From contig OY762911.1 of the NCBI GenBank assembly GCA_963666565.1, positions 4,672,001 through 4,736,000 of the forward strand: DNA of 64,000 nucleotides. The letters run 5' to 3'. Positions 43,765 through 58,511 of the stretch are shown piece after piece. The position numbers were made by a program, and so were the translations under genes. Positions within the stretch are counted from its first letter, which is position 1, and the number at the start of each line of letters is the position of its first letter. The stretch comes from Thermoanaerobaculia bacterium. Lineage in GTDB: Bacteria; Acidobacteriota; Thermoanaerobaculia; Multivoradales; Multivoraceae. The notes below the pieces were generated by a model. The model had not been told where the DNA came from and did no database searches. It worked only from the letters and a program-made list of their open reading frames with translations.

Positions 43765-45549
43765 ATGGTCGACTTCCTGCTGTCGCCGCCGCTGCTGCTG
43801 ATGTTCGGCAGCGTGGCGCTCGCCGCGGCGCCGCGCAACGTGCTGCCCCGCACCGTGTTGCGGGCGCTCCTGCTGGCCCTGCCGGTCTGGTCGCTGTGGC
43901 GGTTCTGGGGCCTCGACTTCGGCGATCACGCGCAGTTCGACCTGTTCGGCCAGACCCTGACGCTGATGCGGATCGACGGTCTCTCCCGGATCTTCGCCGT
44001 CATCTTTCACCTGGCGGCGCTGATCGGCAGCGTCTACTCGTTCTACGTCAAGGACAACTTCCAGCCGCTCGTCGGCGTCTTCTACGCCGGATCGGCGCTG
44101 GGGGTGGTGCTCGCCGGCGACCTGTGGACGCTGTTCCTGTTCTGGGAGATCGCCGCGGTGTCGTCGGCGCTGCTGGTGTGGGTGCGGCGAAGCGGCCGGG
44201 CGGCCGGCGCCGGGCTGCGCTACCTCGGGATGCAGATGGTGTCCGGCGTGATGCTGCTCGCGGGGATCGTGCTGCTCCGGCACGAACTCGGGGCCGCCCC
44301 CGGCTGGGCCGAGTTCCGCGACCTCACCGGCCTGCTCGAGGACGGCGGGCTCGGCTTCGCAAACCTGGGGCCGACGCTGATCCTGCTCGCCTTCGGCCTC
44401 AAGGCGGCCTTCCCGCTGCTGCACAGTTGGCTGATCGACGCGTACCCCGAGTCGACTCCGGCCGGCGCGGTGTTCCTGTCGGCGTTCACGACGAAGTTCG
44501 CGATCTACGCCCTCGCCCGCGCCTTCCCCGGCCAGTCCGAGCTGATCTGGATCGGCGGGCTGATGACCGCCTTCCCGATCTTCTTCGCCGTGATCGAGAA
44601 CGACCTGCGGCGGGTGCTCGCCTACAGCATGACGAACCAGCTCGGCTTCATGGTGGTCGGCATCGGCATCGGCACCGAACTGGCAATCAACGGCGCGGCG
44701 GCCCACGCCTTCGCCGACATCCTGTTCAAGGGGCTGCTGTTCATGGCGATGGGCGCGGTGCTCTACCGGGTCGGCCACGTGAACGGTTCGGACCTGGGCG
44801 GCCTCTACAAGTCGATGCCGATCACGACCGGGCTGTGCATCGTGGGCGCGGCGTCCATCTCGGCCTTCCCGCTGTTCTCGGCCTTCGCGACGAAGTCGCT
44901 CATCATGAGCGCGGCGGCGCACGAGCACTACCTGTGGCTGTGGCTGGTGCTGCTGTTCGCCTCCGCCGGCGTCTTCCACCACGCCGGAATCAAGATCCCG
45001 TTCTTCGCCTTCTTCCACCACGACTCGGGCATCCGCTGCAAGGAGGCGCCGCGATCGATGATCGTCGCGATGGTCCTGGCGGCCGCGGCGAGCATGGCGA
45101 TCGGCCTGTTCCCGCTGGCCGAGATGTGGTTCGGCGTCGCGAATCCGTTCTACGAACTGCTGCCCTACCCGGTCGACTACGAGGTGTACACGACGACCCA
45201 CGTCATCACCCAGAGTCAGCTCCTCTTCTTCTCGGCCCTGGCGTTCGCGACGCTGATGCGCACCGGCCTCTACCCACCGGAACTGCGCTCGGTGAACCTG
45301 GACGCCGACTGGCTCTACCGCCGGGTCGGCCTGCGCGTGTGGGACGGCGTCGCCGCGGCGTGCGTTGCGCTGCACCGGGCCGGGTACGCCGTCGCCGGGC
45401 GCCTTGCCGCCCGTGCCCTCGCCACGGCGCAGCGTCACCTGGGGCCGCAGGGGTTCCTGGGCCGCTCCTGGCTCACGGCGTCGATGGCGCTCTGGGTGGC
45501 GCTGCTGCTGGCGGCGTACCTCGTCGTCTTCTACTGGCGGTTGGGTTAG
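43765..45549 (+). CDS. Mrp Na+/H+ antiporter subunit D-like (NuoL/M/N family)
   Basis: FWE, LHSWLIDAYPE, FTTK, RRVLAYS, AHAF..FKGLLF, LGGL and many TM helices. Confidence 0.88.
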   Translation: MVDFLLSPPLLLMFGSVALAAAPRNVLPRTVLRALLLALPVWSLWRFWGLDFGDHAQFDLFGQTLTLMRIDGLSRIFAVIFHLAALIGSVYSFYVKDNFQPLVGVFYAGSALGVVLAGDLWTLFLFWEIAAVSSALLVWVRRSGRAAGAGLRYLGMQMVSGVMLLAGIVLLRHELGAAPGWAEFRDLTGLLEDGGLGFANLGPTLILLAFGLKAAFPLLHSWLIDAYPESTPAGAVFLSAFTTKFAIYALARAFPGQSELIWIGGLMTAFPIFFAVIENDLRRVLAYSMTNQLGFMVVGIGIGTELAINGAAAHAFADILFKGLLFMAMGAVLYRVGHVNGSDLGGLYKSMPITTGLCIVGAASISAFPLFSAFATKSLIMSAAAHEHYLWLWLVLLFASAGVFHHAGIKIPFFAFFHHDSGIRCKEAPRSMIVAMVLAAAASMAIGLFPLAEMWFGVANPFYELLPYPVDYEVYTTTHVITQSQLLFFSALAFATLMRTGLYPPELRSVNLDADWLYRRVGLRVWDGVAAACVALHRAGYAVAGRLAARALATAQRHLGPQGFLGRSWLTASMALWVALLLAAYLVVFYWRLG

Positions 45550-45554
45550 CGACC

Positions 45555-45698
45555 GGCTGGGCGCGCGGGTCCTCTGACCCGCTGCCGCCGAAGGCGGCGT
45601 CCAGCGTCGTCGCCGGCCTCCGGCCGGCGGCGTTCGGTCCGGGCTGCGCCGCTCCGCGGCTTCGCCCGTCAGCGGGTCGGAAGACCCGCGCACCCAGC
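45555..45698. repeat. inverted pair of REP-like palindromes
   Basis: CTGGGCGCGCGGGTCCTCTGACCCGC at about 45557-45582 and a reverse copy at about 45672-45697. Confidence 0.8.
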
Positions 45699-45745
45699 AT
45701 CAGCTTCTCTAATGCTCAGCGCTTGCTCATCAGGGTTAGCTAATG
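45696..45745 (+). promoter_or_regulatory. two candidate LysR boxes
   Basis: CATCAG-N5-CTAATG (T-N11-A within an AGCAT/ATGCT dyad) and CATCAG-N6-CTAATG just upstream of lysR. Confidence 0.4.
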
Positions 45746-45763
45746 TAGGCTCTTGCACTTCCG

Positions 45764-46684
45764 ATGCAAGGGCTCAGGATCTTCTGCGACGTCGCCGATC
45801 TGCGCAGCTTCAGCCGTGCCGCCGAGCTTCACGGCATCACGCAGTCCGCGGTCAGCCAGCGCATCCAGCACCTGGAGGAACTGTTCGGCACACGGCTGCT
45901 CGACCGCTCGAAGCGGCCCTTCGTGCTGACGCCGGCCGGCGAACTGGTCTCCAGCGAGGGGCGCGAACTCGTCGCCCGTTACGACGCGCTGGCGCGCAAC
46001 GTCGCCCGCCTCGACCCGGAGCGCGGCGGCACCGTGCGCGTCCACGCGATCTACTCCGCCGGCATCGCCCTGCTCAACCAGTTGCGGGCCGAGTTCCATC
46101 TCCGGCGTCCGGAAGTCGACGTGGAGATCGAGTACGAACCGCCGTCCGCGGTGGCCGAAGCAGCCCGGACCGGCCGCTGCGACTTCGGCATCGTCTCCTA
46201 CCCGGAGCAGTGGCCGGGCCTGCATTCGCGTCCGCTGCGCGAGGAGCGGATGTGCCTGGCCTGCGGCGTCGACCACGAACTGGCCGGCGCCGACCGGGTG
46301 CGCGCCACCGACCTCGACGGCCGCGAGTTGATCCACTTCACCCACGAACTCCCGGCGGCGCGGCACATTCGCAGCTACCTGGTCGCAAACGGCGCCAATG
46401 CGGTGTTCGCCCAGCGTCTCGACAACATCGACACGTTCAAGAACATGCTGCAGGCGACGGACTACGCGGCGATCCTGCCGCTGCGGACCTTCCTCGCCGA
46501 AGTGCGCGCCGGCCTGCTCGCCGCGGCGCCGCTCGAACCGGCGCTCGAGCGGCCGATGGGGATCGTCTTCGCCCGCCGCCGGCTGCGTCCGGCCGCCGAG
46601 GACTTCGCGGCCTTCCTGGTCGAAAACGCCGGGCCGATGCTCGCGGACGACGACCTGAGCGCCGAGCGCGGAGAAGCGGCATGA
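45764..46684 (+). CDS. LysR-family transcriptional regulator
   Basis: SFSRAAELHGITQSAVSQRIQHLEELFGTRLLDR HTH. Confidence 0.93.
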   Translation: MQGLRIFCDVADLRSFSRAAELHGITQSAVSQRIQHLEELFGTRLLDRSKRPFVLTPAGELVSSEGRELVARYDALARNVARLDPERGGTVRVHAIYSAGIALLNQLRAEFHLRRPEVDVEIEYEPPSAVAEAARTGRCDFGIVSYPEQWPGLHSRPLREERMCLACGVDHELAGADRVRATDLDGRELIHFTHELPAARHIRSYLVANGANAVFAQRLDNIDTFKNMLQATDYAAILPLRTFLAEVRAGLLAAAPLEPALERPMGIVFARRRLRPAAEDFAAFLVENAGPMLADDDLSAERGEAA

Positions 46685-46769
46685 CGATCCGTAACGACAC
46701 GCTCGCCGCCGCCTGCCTCCCGCTCGACACGCGGACGGAAGCCACCGACCGACGGCCGCTGGAGCCCGC

Positions 46770-51353
<4,584 letters not shown>

Positions 51354-51409
51354 GGACGGCCGGGGGGGAAGGTGCAAGGCCAGGCGATGCAATCCGGCAC
51401 GACAGCGCC

Positions 51410-51462
51410 CTGGGTGCGCGGGTCTTCCGACCCGCACTGGGTGCGCGGGTCTTCCGACCCGC
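51410..51462 (+). repeat. tandem duplication of the 26-bp REP-like unit
   Basis: CTGGGTGCGCGGGTCTTCCGACCCGC twice, separated by 1 nt, between gltB and gltD. Confidence 0.85.
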
Positions 51463-51522
51463 TTCCGAGTGAACTCGCGCGAGGCGCCAGCCTCGCTCCT
51501 TCCTGTTGAGAGGGCGGCAGGC

Positions 51523-53022
51523 ATGGGCAAGGACACCGGCTTCAAGGAGTACGCGCGCGCCGCGGTTCCCTACCAGGATCCGCTGATCCGCCTGAGTCAC
51601 TACGGCGAGTTCCTGGCGCCGGTGCCGGAACAGCACCTCGCCACCCAGGGCGCCCGCTGCATGGACTGCGGCGTCCCCTTCTGCCAGTCCGACGAAGGCT
51701 GCCCGATCGACAACCTGATCCCGGAGTGGAACGACCTCGTCTACCAGGGCCGCTGGAAGGAAGCGCTGCGGCGCCTGGAGAGGACGAACAACTTCCCCGA
51801 GTTCACCGGCCGCGTCTGCCCCGCCCCGTGCGAGGGCGCCTGCGTGCTGGGGATCACCGACCCGGCGGTGACGATCAAGAACATCGAGAACGCGATCGTC
51901 GACCGCGGCTTCGAGGAGGGCTGGATCGTTCCCCGCCCGCCCGTCAGGCGCACCGGCAAGAAGGTCGCGATCGTCGGTTCCGGGCCGGCGGGACTCGCCG
52001 CGGCGGCTCAGTTGAACGGCGTCGGCCACTCGGTCGCCGTCTTCGAACGCGAGGACCGCATCGGCGGCCTGCTGATGTACGGCATCCCGAACATGAAGCT
52101 CGACAAGCGCCTGGTCGTCGACCGGCGGATCGACCTGATGCGGGCCGAGGGCATCGAGTTCGTGACCGGCGCCCACGTCGGCGTGAACGTCGACGCCGCC
52201 GATCTGCGGCGCGACCACGACGCGATCCTGCTCGCCTGCGGCGCGACGAAGCCGCGCGATCTCCCCATCCCGGGCCGCGAGCTCGCGGGCGTCCATTTCG
52301 CGATGGACTTCCTGACCGAGCACACCCGTGCCCTTCTCGACGCCGATCTGCCGAGTGACGGCGCCCACCCTGTCCAGGCGCCGATTCACGCATCCGGAAA
52401 GAACGTCATCGTGATCGGCGGCGGCGACACCGGCGCCGACTGCATCGCGACCGCAGTGCGCCACGGCTGCGCCTCGCTGGTTAACTTCGAACTGCTGGAG
52501 CGGCCGCCGGACGACCGGGCCGCCGATAACCCGTGGCCGGAATGGCCCCGCATCTTCCGCGTCGAGTACGCGCACGCCGAAGCCGCGGCCCGGTTCGGCG
52601 CCGACCCGCGCGTGTTCTCCGTTCTCTCCAAGCGCTTCGTCGACGACGGCGCCGGCGGCGTCGCCGGTATCGAGACCGTCCGCGTCGCCTGGAAACGGGA
52701 CGCCGGCGGCCGCTTCGCGATGGAGGAAGTGCCCGGAACCGAAGAGACCTTCGAGGCCGAACTCGTGCTCCTGGCAATGGGCTTCCTCGGCCCCGAAGCG
52801 ACTCTCGGCGAGCGCTTGGGCCTCGCCACGGACGAGCGCAGCAACTTCGCGGCAGAACCCGGCCGGTACGCGACCTCGGTCGAGGGGGTCTTCGCCGCCG
52901 GCGACTGCCGCCGCGGACAGAGCCTGATCGTGTGGGCGATCGCCGAGGGCCGCGGCGCCGCGGCCCGGATCGACGAGTACCTGACCGGGGCCACCGAACT
53001 GCCGCTGCCGTCGGCGCTCTGA
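51523..53022 (+). CDS. gltD: glutamate synthase small subunit
   Basis: [44 protein letters not shown] and [14 protein letters not shown]. Confidence 0.97.
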   Translation: MGKDTGFKEYARAAVPYQDPLIRLSHYGEFLAPVPEQHLATQGARCMDCGVPFCQSDEGCPIDNLIPEWNDLVYQGRWKEALRRLERTNNFPEFTGRVCPAPCEGACVLGITDPAVTIKNIENAIVDRGFEEGWIVPRPPVRRTGKKVAIVGSGPAGLAAAAQLNGVGHSVAVFEREDRIGGLLMYGIPNMKLDKRLVVDRRIDLMRAEGIEFVTGAHVGVNVDAADLRRDHDAILLACGATKPRDLPIPGRELAGVHFAMDFLTEHTRALLDADLPSDGAHPVQAPIHASGKNVIVIGGGDTGADCIATAVRHGCASLVNFELLERPPDDRAADNPWPEWPRIFRVEYAHAEAAARFGADPRVFSVLSKRFVDDGAGGVAGIETVRVAWKRDAGGRFAMEEVPGTEETFEAELVLLAMGFLGPEATLGERLGLATDERSNFAAEPGRYATSVEGVFAAGDCRRGQSLIVWAIAEGRGAAARIDEYLTGATELPLPSAL

Positions 53023-53229
53023 CCACCCTCCGTTCTGGTCGAACAGATCGAACACCTCGATGCGGCATCCCACCGCGCGAACCCGACAGGTGTGCTCTTG
53101 ACTCCTCGGAGGAGGACATCAGGGACTACTCCACCGGCGAGCTTCCAAGGGCGATGTTCAACTGAGATGGGCTGCACCAAGAGGTGCCCTCACTCCATCT
53201 CTGCACCCCCGCCTTCGCGGCCGTCGACA

Positions 53230-53600
53230 AGGCCTTGGCCGCTCGGCGCCCCAACGCGCCGCTTGAAGCCGCGCCCTACCACACGCCCCATCACGACGGA
53301 ACCTGATCCCAACTCAGAGTCCAGAAGCCGAGCGACCGCCGAGCTACTCGCCGCCCACAACCAGTCGATCACCAGCGCATCGAACAACGCACCGAAACGA
53401 GAGTCTCCCTCCGACCAGGGTGCGCTGATCGTGAGAACCCCCGTGCTCCGCGCACCGCACGCGGAGCACGTCCGCGGCCAAGATGGTCCGGTACGCTGCC
53501 GGATACGGGGGTCCCGATCTCGGCATCGCAGGTACCTCCTCCTACGAGGAGGAAGTGCCTGCGGAACCGGGGCAAGCTCAACTCGTCCCCCTTCGATTCG
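53230..53600 (-). pseudogene. degenerate ISL3-family transposase fragment
   Basis: APWSEGDSRFGALFDALVIDWLWAASSSAVARLL..MGRVVGRGFKRR resembles the ISL3 N-terminal zinc-finger/HTH region; no catalytic domain follows. Confidence 0.65.
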
Positions 53601-53645
53601 GAAGGCCCCAGTGGTCTTCCGCCTTTCCCCCGGCATGCGACAAGG

Positions 53646-54257
53646 TCAATGAACGTCTTCGGAGAGCCAGTACCCGAACGCTTTCTCCAGATTCTCTCTG
53701 GCAGAGCTAACCGCTTGGCGCACATACTCGGCTTCAGAATCGGCACGAATCCGACTCAGCTCTCGCCGAACCGTAGTCAGGATCCGAGTAGCATTGCGCA
53801 TATCGGGATGCCGTGCATACGGGCGAAGGGCACGACGATGTTCCAGAAGTGCGCGGAGACTCCAATCTCGCAGTTCTGGGTGGCTGTACATGGGCTCTGT
53901 CGTTCTCGTGTCTGAGACACCATCCAAGATGCGAAAGACGATCGTCGCTTTGTAGTTCTCTGCAGCCATCCAGTCTGGATCATGCCAAGAGTCGAGTCTA
54001 CTAAGGGCGTTCTCCACTCGCGTCGGAACCTCGACGTCGATCAGGCGCACCATGCGATCCTCTTCCTTCGCTTCGGCGAATTCTCCTTGGAAAAACGAAA
54101 AGAGAATCGGCAGGGAGACAACGGCTAGAGAAGGCAGTAGAGCCACAAAGAAAGGCTCGTTCAGGAAACGCCATAGGCCTCGGCGCTGTCCCTTCATTGG
54201 GCCAGGCTCACAAGTGGCCTGTATCTTCGATTCGTCGGCTGACGCGCTACTCTTCAC
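53646..54257 (-). CDS. hypothetical protein with an N-terminal transmembrane segment, lower GC
   Basis: 203-aa ORF with PFFVALLPSLAVVSLPILFSFF; visibly more AT-rich than the flanks; directly downstream of the silent receptor cassette. Confidence 0.55.
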   Translation of the reverse strand: MKSSASADESKIQATCEPGPMKGQRRGLWRFLNEPFFVALLPSLAVVSLPILFSFFQGEFAEAKEEDRMVRLIDVEVPTRVENALSRLDSWHDPDWMAAENYKATIVFRILDGVSDTRTTEPMYSHPELRDWSLRALLEHRRALRPYARHPDMRNATRILTTVRRELSRIRADSEAEYVRQAVSSARENLEKAFGYWLSEDVH

Positions 54258-54328
54258 CCAAAGCGTCTCCCTGGTGTCAGCGGTTCCGAGAGAGTAGGGG
54301 GCCTCTGGCTGGGGGCGCTCAACCTAGC

Positions 54329-56737
54329 CTAGAAGCTGAACCGAGCGCCAATCTGTAACTGACGCCAGGACGTGACTCGGCCGGACGGTATGCCGAGGTC
54401 TTCGGGAACTACGCCGCCCTCCACGTTTCGCTGGCTGAAGCCGACCGCGAAGCTGTGTTCGTCGAATAGGTTAAAGGCCTCGACGAACACGTCCAGGCGC
54501 ATTTCATCGCCGAACCGGAAGAACCTGCCGACGCGGACATCGACCGTCTGGAGCGACTCGTTCCTGAAGGTGTTTCGTCCTACGACGGAACCATCGATGA
54601 TGGCTCGGTAGTCGGGGCAGTTGAAGATGGGCCACCCGCAGCCGATACTGTCGAAGCCTCGGACGGGTGTGTCGCGGTCGTTCACATCAACGGCCGTGTA
54701 CGGCGTTCCCGACTGGTAGTTCAGGATGCCGGAGATCTGGAAGTCGGCCGGCAACTGGACCATGCCCGTAACTACGAGCCGGTGCTTCACGTCACGATCC
54801 GAGAGGCCCCAGTCGTAGTCCAGGTTGCCGGTGTCGGAGATCGTGACGCCGGTCGCCGAACGCTCGTTCGAGTCGGTGTCGCGATCCTCGCCCCAGGTGT
54901 AGTGGGCGCCGAACTGGTAGCGACCGGTGAAGCGCTTGTTCGCCTTGAGCGTGACCGCCTGATACTCGGACTCGCCCCGAGACTGGCGAACGAGGACTTC
55001 GGCGCACCGGATTTCGTCGAGACCCGGGCACACGTCATTGCGGCCGGCCCACATCGGGCGGCCGTACGGGTCGTAGCCGCCGAAGACCCGGTTGAAGTCC
55101 GTGTTGCGCTGCAGGCTGGTCGCTTCGGCATACACGGCATCGACGCCGGCGCTCCAGCCGCCGCCGAGTTCCCGCTCCCAGCCGACGCTGGCGCGCAGCG
55201 TTTGGGCGTCGTCGAACTCGGGATCCACGTACGAGATGGCGGGAATGATGCCCGGCGGCGGGTTCTCGTTGTCGATCTGCGTCCCGAGCGGCACGTAGCC
55301 GTTCTGGCCGGGACGAACCGTGATGCGACCGTAGTTCGGCGGTACGCCGTTGGCCTGAACCTGGTTGGCGAACAGCAGGGTGGGCGTGCGGCCGAAGAAG
55401 AAGCCGATGCCGCCGCGGAGGACCGACCGGCCCTCGTCCTGGGACCTGGCGAAGCCGAAGCGGGGCGCCAGGTTCTCGGTGTCCGGGATCTGGCGGCCGT
55501 CCGGGTGCAGGTGATCCAGGCCGTCCGGGTTGTCCGTGGACGTATAGCGGAGGCCGTAACTGATTGTCACGTTGTCCCGCTTGAGACTGTCCTGCCCGTA
55601 GAAGGCGAGGGCCTCCTGAGTCTCGTCGTAGTTCGGGTACGTCGAATCGCCGAACCAGATTCGCGCCCGGAAAGCCTCGTTGCTCAAGAAGTCCTCCGGC
55701 GAGCCGAAGTCATAGCGGCCGTCGCGGCTGCCGGCGAAGAGCTGCGCCAGATCGTCCTTCGAGTAGTCGACGCCGAACTTCATGTCATGGGCACCGAACA
55801 GGTAGGAGAAGTCGTTCTTGACCTGGAGCTGCTCTTCCTCAACGAAGATCGGGAGGAAGTCGAACTTGCCAACGCTGTCAAACTCGTCGAAGAAGAAGCG
55901 GACCTGCGCCTCGATTGGCGTGCCGACCCGCTTGGACAGGCGATCCAGATTGTCCGTCGCGGACTGAATCCGGAACTCGTTGACGCCACGGCTGCCGACG
56001 ACCGAGGTCATCGATGCGATGATGGACAGCGTGTCCTCCGTCTTCAGCGACTCCTCGTCCAGGTAGTCGCTCTCCCGCTCGAAGTCCGTCACATTGGCGC
56101 GCAGGGTGATGAGGTTCGAGTCGTTGATCTGGTGGTCCAGCTTGCCGAAGAGGATCTGGTTGCTCACCGAGCGCAGGAACAAGCCGGTGGCGGAACCGTC
56201 GGCGTTTCGCTCGAAGCCGTCGACCAGAGCCGCGAATCCGGGCTCTGTCTCCGCCCTCTTCATGATCAGGTCGTAGGTGCTGTTGACGCCGGTCGAGCGC
56301 AGCGAGCGGGAGAACGGGATGTCCTGGTCGCGGAGGTCGACGCCGAAGTAGTAGTGGGTGCGATCCTGCTTGAACGGACCACCGACCGAGAAGCCGTAGT
56401 TCTGGGTGTCGAACTCGTCCACCGGTCGCGAGCCGTCACGGCCCCGGAAGTCGTCGAGAGGCGACGAAGGAATGTCCTCGGCCATGCTGTCGTCGCGGAA
56501 CTGGTAGAAGGCCGAGCCCCTCATCTCGTTCGTGCCGGACTTCGTGACCACGTTGACGAAGGCGCCGCCGTGCCGGCCGTACTCGGCCGAGAAGCCGTTG
56601 GTGATGACCTGGAACTGGCGAACCGTGTCCTGGGCGATGATCAGGCCGTCGTTCTCGGTCGCCTCGCCGCCCCGGCCATAGCCGAAGAAGGTGCTCTTGT
56701 TGTCCGCGCCGTCAACGGAAAGGCCGCTGTACATGCC
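54329..56737 (-). other. 5'-truncated, open-frame TonB-dependent receptor cassette (alternative barrel allele)
   Basis: 801 codons collinear with the 59067-61445 portion of the intact receptor; in-frame TGA two codons upstream; no signal peptide or N-terminal domain; ends in QIGARFSF. Confidence 0.9.
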
Positions 56738-56894
56738 TCACTGGTCGGGCTTCAGTTCCATGAAGGTCCGAAGAGCAGGAGAGAGTCCGGGAACAACCGA
56801 GAACTCCTGTAGACACCGTCACTTGTGAAGGTCTCGTTACGTTGCCCAAGGCCGCGGATGCGGTTGACGGCAAACGGCAAATCGCCGACGGGAT

Positions 56895-56922
56895 TGGGGG
56901 AAGTGGGGGACACGGTGAGGGA
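56895..56922 (+). promoter_or_regulatory. candidate integrase arm-type binding repeats
   Basis: TGGGGGA (56895), TGGGGGA (56904) and TGAGGGA (56916) direct repeats just upstream of the integrase. Confidence 0.4.
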
Positions 56923-56955
56923 GTGCCATACGGCCGTCCTTGCTATGTTCGAGCG

Positions 56956-58092
56956 ATGCCCCTTACCCAACGGAGAGTCGACGCCGTCAGACCCACCGGC
57001 CGGCCCTTCAAGCTGTACGACCGCGACGGCCTGATGCTCAGGGTCACCGCCGCCGGCAAGAGCCGATGGGTCTGGAGAGGCGTCGTCAAGGGAAAGCGGA
57101 TCGAGGTCGGCATGGGCTCGACACGTTTCCGCTCGCTGAAGGAGGCAAGGGAGGTCGCCTTCGAGAATACGAGAACGGCGAGACTGGGAGGCGATCCCAG
57201 AGCGGCCGTGTCCTCTGACGTTCCGACCTTCAGGGAAGCCGCGACGCTCTATCTGGAGATCCAGTCCACCGATTGGGGAGAGGCCCACTCCCGCCAAGTC
57301 AGACGGATGCTGGAGCGCCATGCGTTCCCGGGCTTCGGGGACCTTCCGGTAGACGAGATCCAGACCGCCGACGTGATGCGGGTTCTGGTACCGCTGTGGC
57401 GGCGTCAGAGGCCGACCGGACAGCGGCTCAGGCAGAGGATCGCCGGCGTCATGGCGTGGAGCGTAGCGGCGGGCTACCGGGCCGACGATCCGACGAGCAC
57501 TCTCTCGGCGGTCTTGCCCGCCGGCCGGACGCGGCGGAAGCACCATCGCTACCTGCCCGCCGTCAAGCTGCGCGAAGCACTGGTCAAGGTGCAGGACTCC
57601 GGAGCATGGATCGGAACGCGGTTGGCCATGCGCTTCCTGGCGCTGACGGCGGCGCGCTCCGGCGAGGTGCGTGGAGCGAGGTGGCGGGAGATCGATCTGG
57701 AGTCGGTCACGTGGACCGTTCCCGCCTCGCGGATGAAGGCGCGCCGTGAGCACCGGGTCCCCCTCTCCAGCGCGGCCCTTGCGGTCCTTGAGCGGGCCGG
57801 CGGACTTCGGGGTCGGGGCAGAGGGCTCGTCTTTCCCGGCGTCCAGGGGAAGATGGTCGGTGTGTCGGTGTTCGGTCGGCTGCTGAGAGACCTCGATATC
57901 GATTGCAGCCCGCACGGGTTCCGCAGTGCGTTTCGGTCGTGCTGCTCCGACGAGGGGATCGACCGGGAGTTGGCGGAACAGGCCCTGGCACACGCGGTCG
58001 GGAGCCAGGTCGAGCAGTGCTATGCGCGAAGCGACGTGCTGGAGCGCCGCCGAGACGTCATGGAGGCTTGGGGTGCGTTCCTGGTCCAGTAG
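56956..58092 (+). CDS. P4-like tyrosine integrase with an arm-binding N-terminal domain
   Basis: MPLTQRRVDAVRP..KLYDRDGLMLRV arm domain; catalytic R (TAARSGE), K (RMK), HxxR (HGFRS), H (LAH) and Y (CYAR) are intact; TG-C-TATGTT lies 6 nt before the ATG. Confidence 0.93.
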   Translation: MPLTQRRVDAVRPTGRPFKLYDRDGLMLRVTAAGKSRWVWRGVVKGKRIEVGMGSTRFRSLKEAREVAFENTRTARLGGDPRAAVSSDVPTFREAATLYLEIQSTDWGEAHSRQVRRMLERHAFPGFGDLPVDEIQTADVMRVLVPLWRRQRPTGQRLRQRIAGVMAWSVAAGYRADDPTSTLSAVLPAGRTRRKHHRYLPAVKLREALVKVQDSGAWIGTRLAMRFLALTAARSGEVRGARWREIDLESVTWTVPASRMKARREHRVPLSSAALAVLERAGGLRGRGRGLVFPGVQGKMVGVSVFGRLLRDLDIDCSPHGFRSAFRSCCSDEGIDRELAEQALAHAVGSQVEQCYARSDVLERRRDVMEAWGAFLVQ

Positions 58093-58334
58093 CGGACGGA
58101 CCGGACATGCAGGGCCGTGGTCCAGGCTCGCGCCGCAGCTTCGCCGCGGCGCGGGGGGCTTTCCCAGGGGCAATCCAGTCCCCTGGGCGGAGCCACGGAG
58201 CTGGCCCTGCCGTTGGCTCATAGACAGCCGGATCGAGCGCCTCCGCGAAGGCTTCAACGCCCCGGCGGAGACTCTCCGCGTGAAGTCCGCGAACCGTGCC
58301 GTCGATTCAATATCTTGAAGCGAGCCGCCCTCCG

Positions 58335-58364
58335 TTGACGGGGGGCGAAGCGATTCTCTATAGT
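58335..58364 (+). promoter_or_regulatory. sigma70-type promoter of the TonB-dependent receptor
   Basis: TTGACG-N18-TATAGT, about 150 nt upstream of the GAGGAG RBS and ATG 58512. Confidence 0.55.
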
Positions 58365-58511
58365 CGTACCCGGTCTGTGGCCTTGCGCGCGAGCGCCCCA
58401 CCACCGCCACCCACTCGGACAATCGAGAGACCTTCCACGCGTGAAGCGCACGCCGGTGAATTCGTGCCGAATTCGACGGCGCCTACTCAGACACAGAGGA
58501 GAAACCCCACC

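Noticed and set aside
51410-51462. Tandem palindromic 26-bp repeats resembling a CRISPR array
   Set aside because: Only two units with a 1-nt gap, no spacers and no cas genes; the same unit is dispersed through the window as a REP-like element.
54329-56734. Independent, normally expressed second TonB receptor starting at ATG 56734
   Set aside because: It has no signal peptide and lacks the N-domain and part of the plug region, so it could not be exported as is; the ATG corresponds to an internal Met of the intact gene.
53030-58300. Prophage or tRNA-integrated island around the integrase
   Set aside because: No phage structural, replication or conjugation genes, no tRNA and no flanking direct repeats were seen; the only repeats are inverted.
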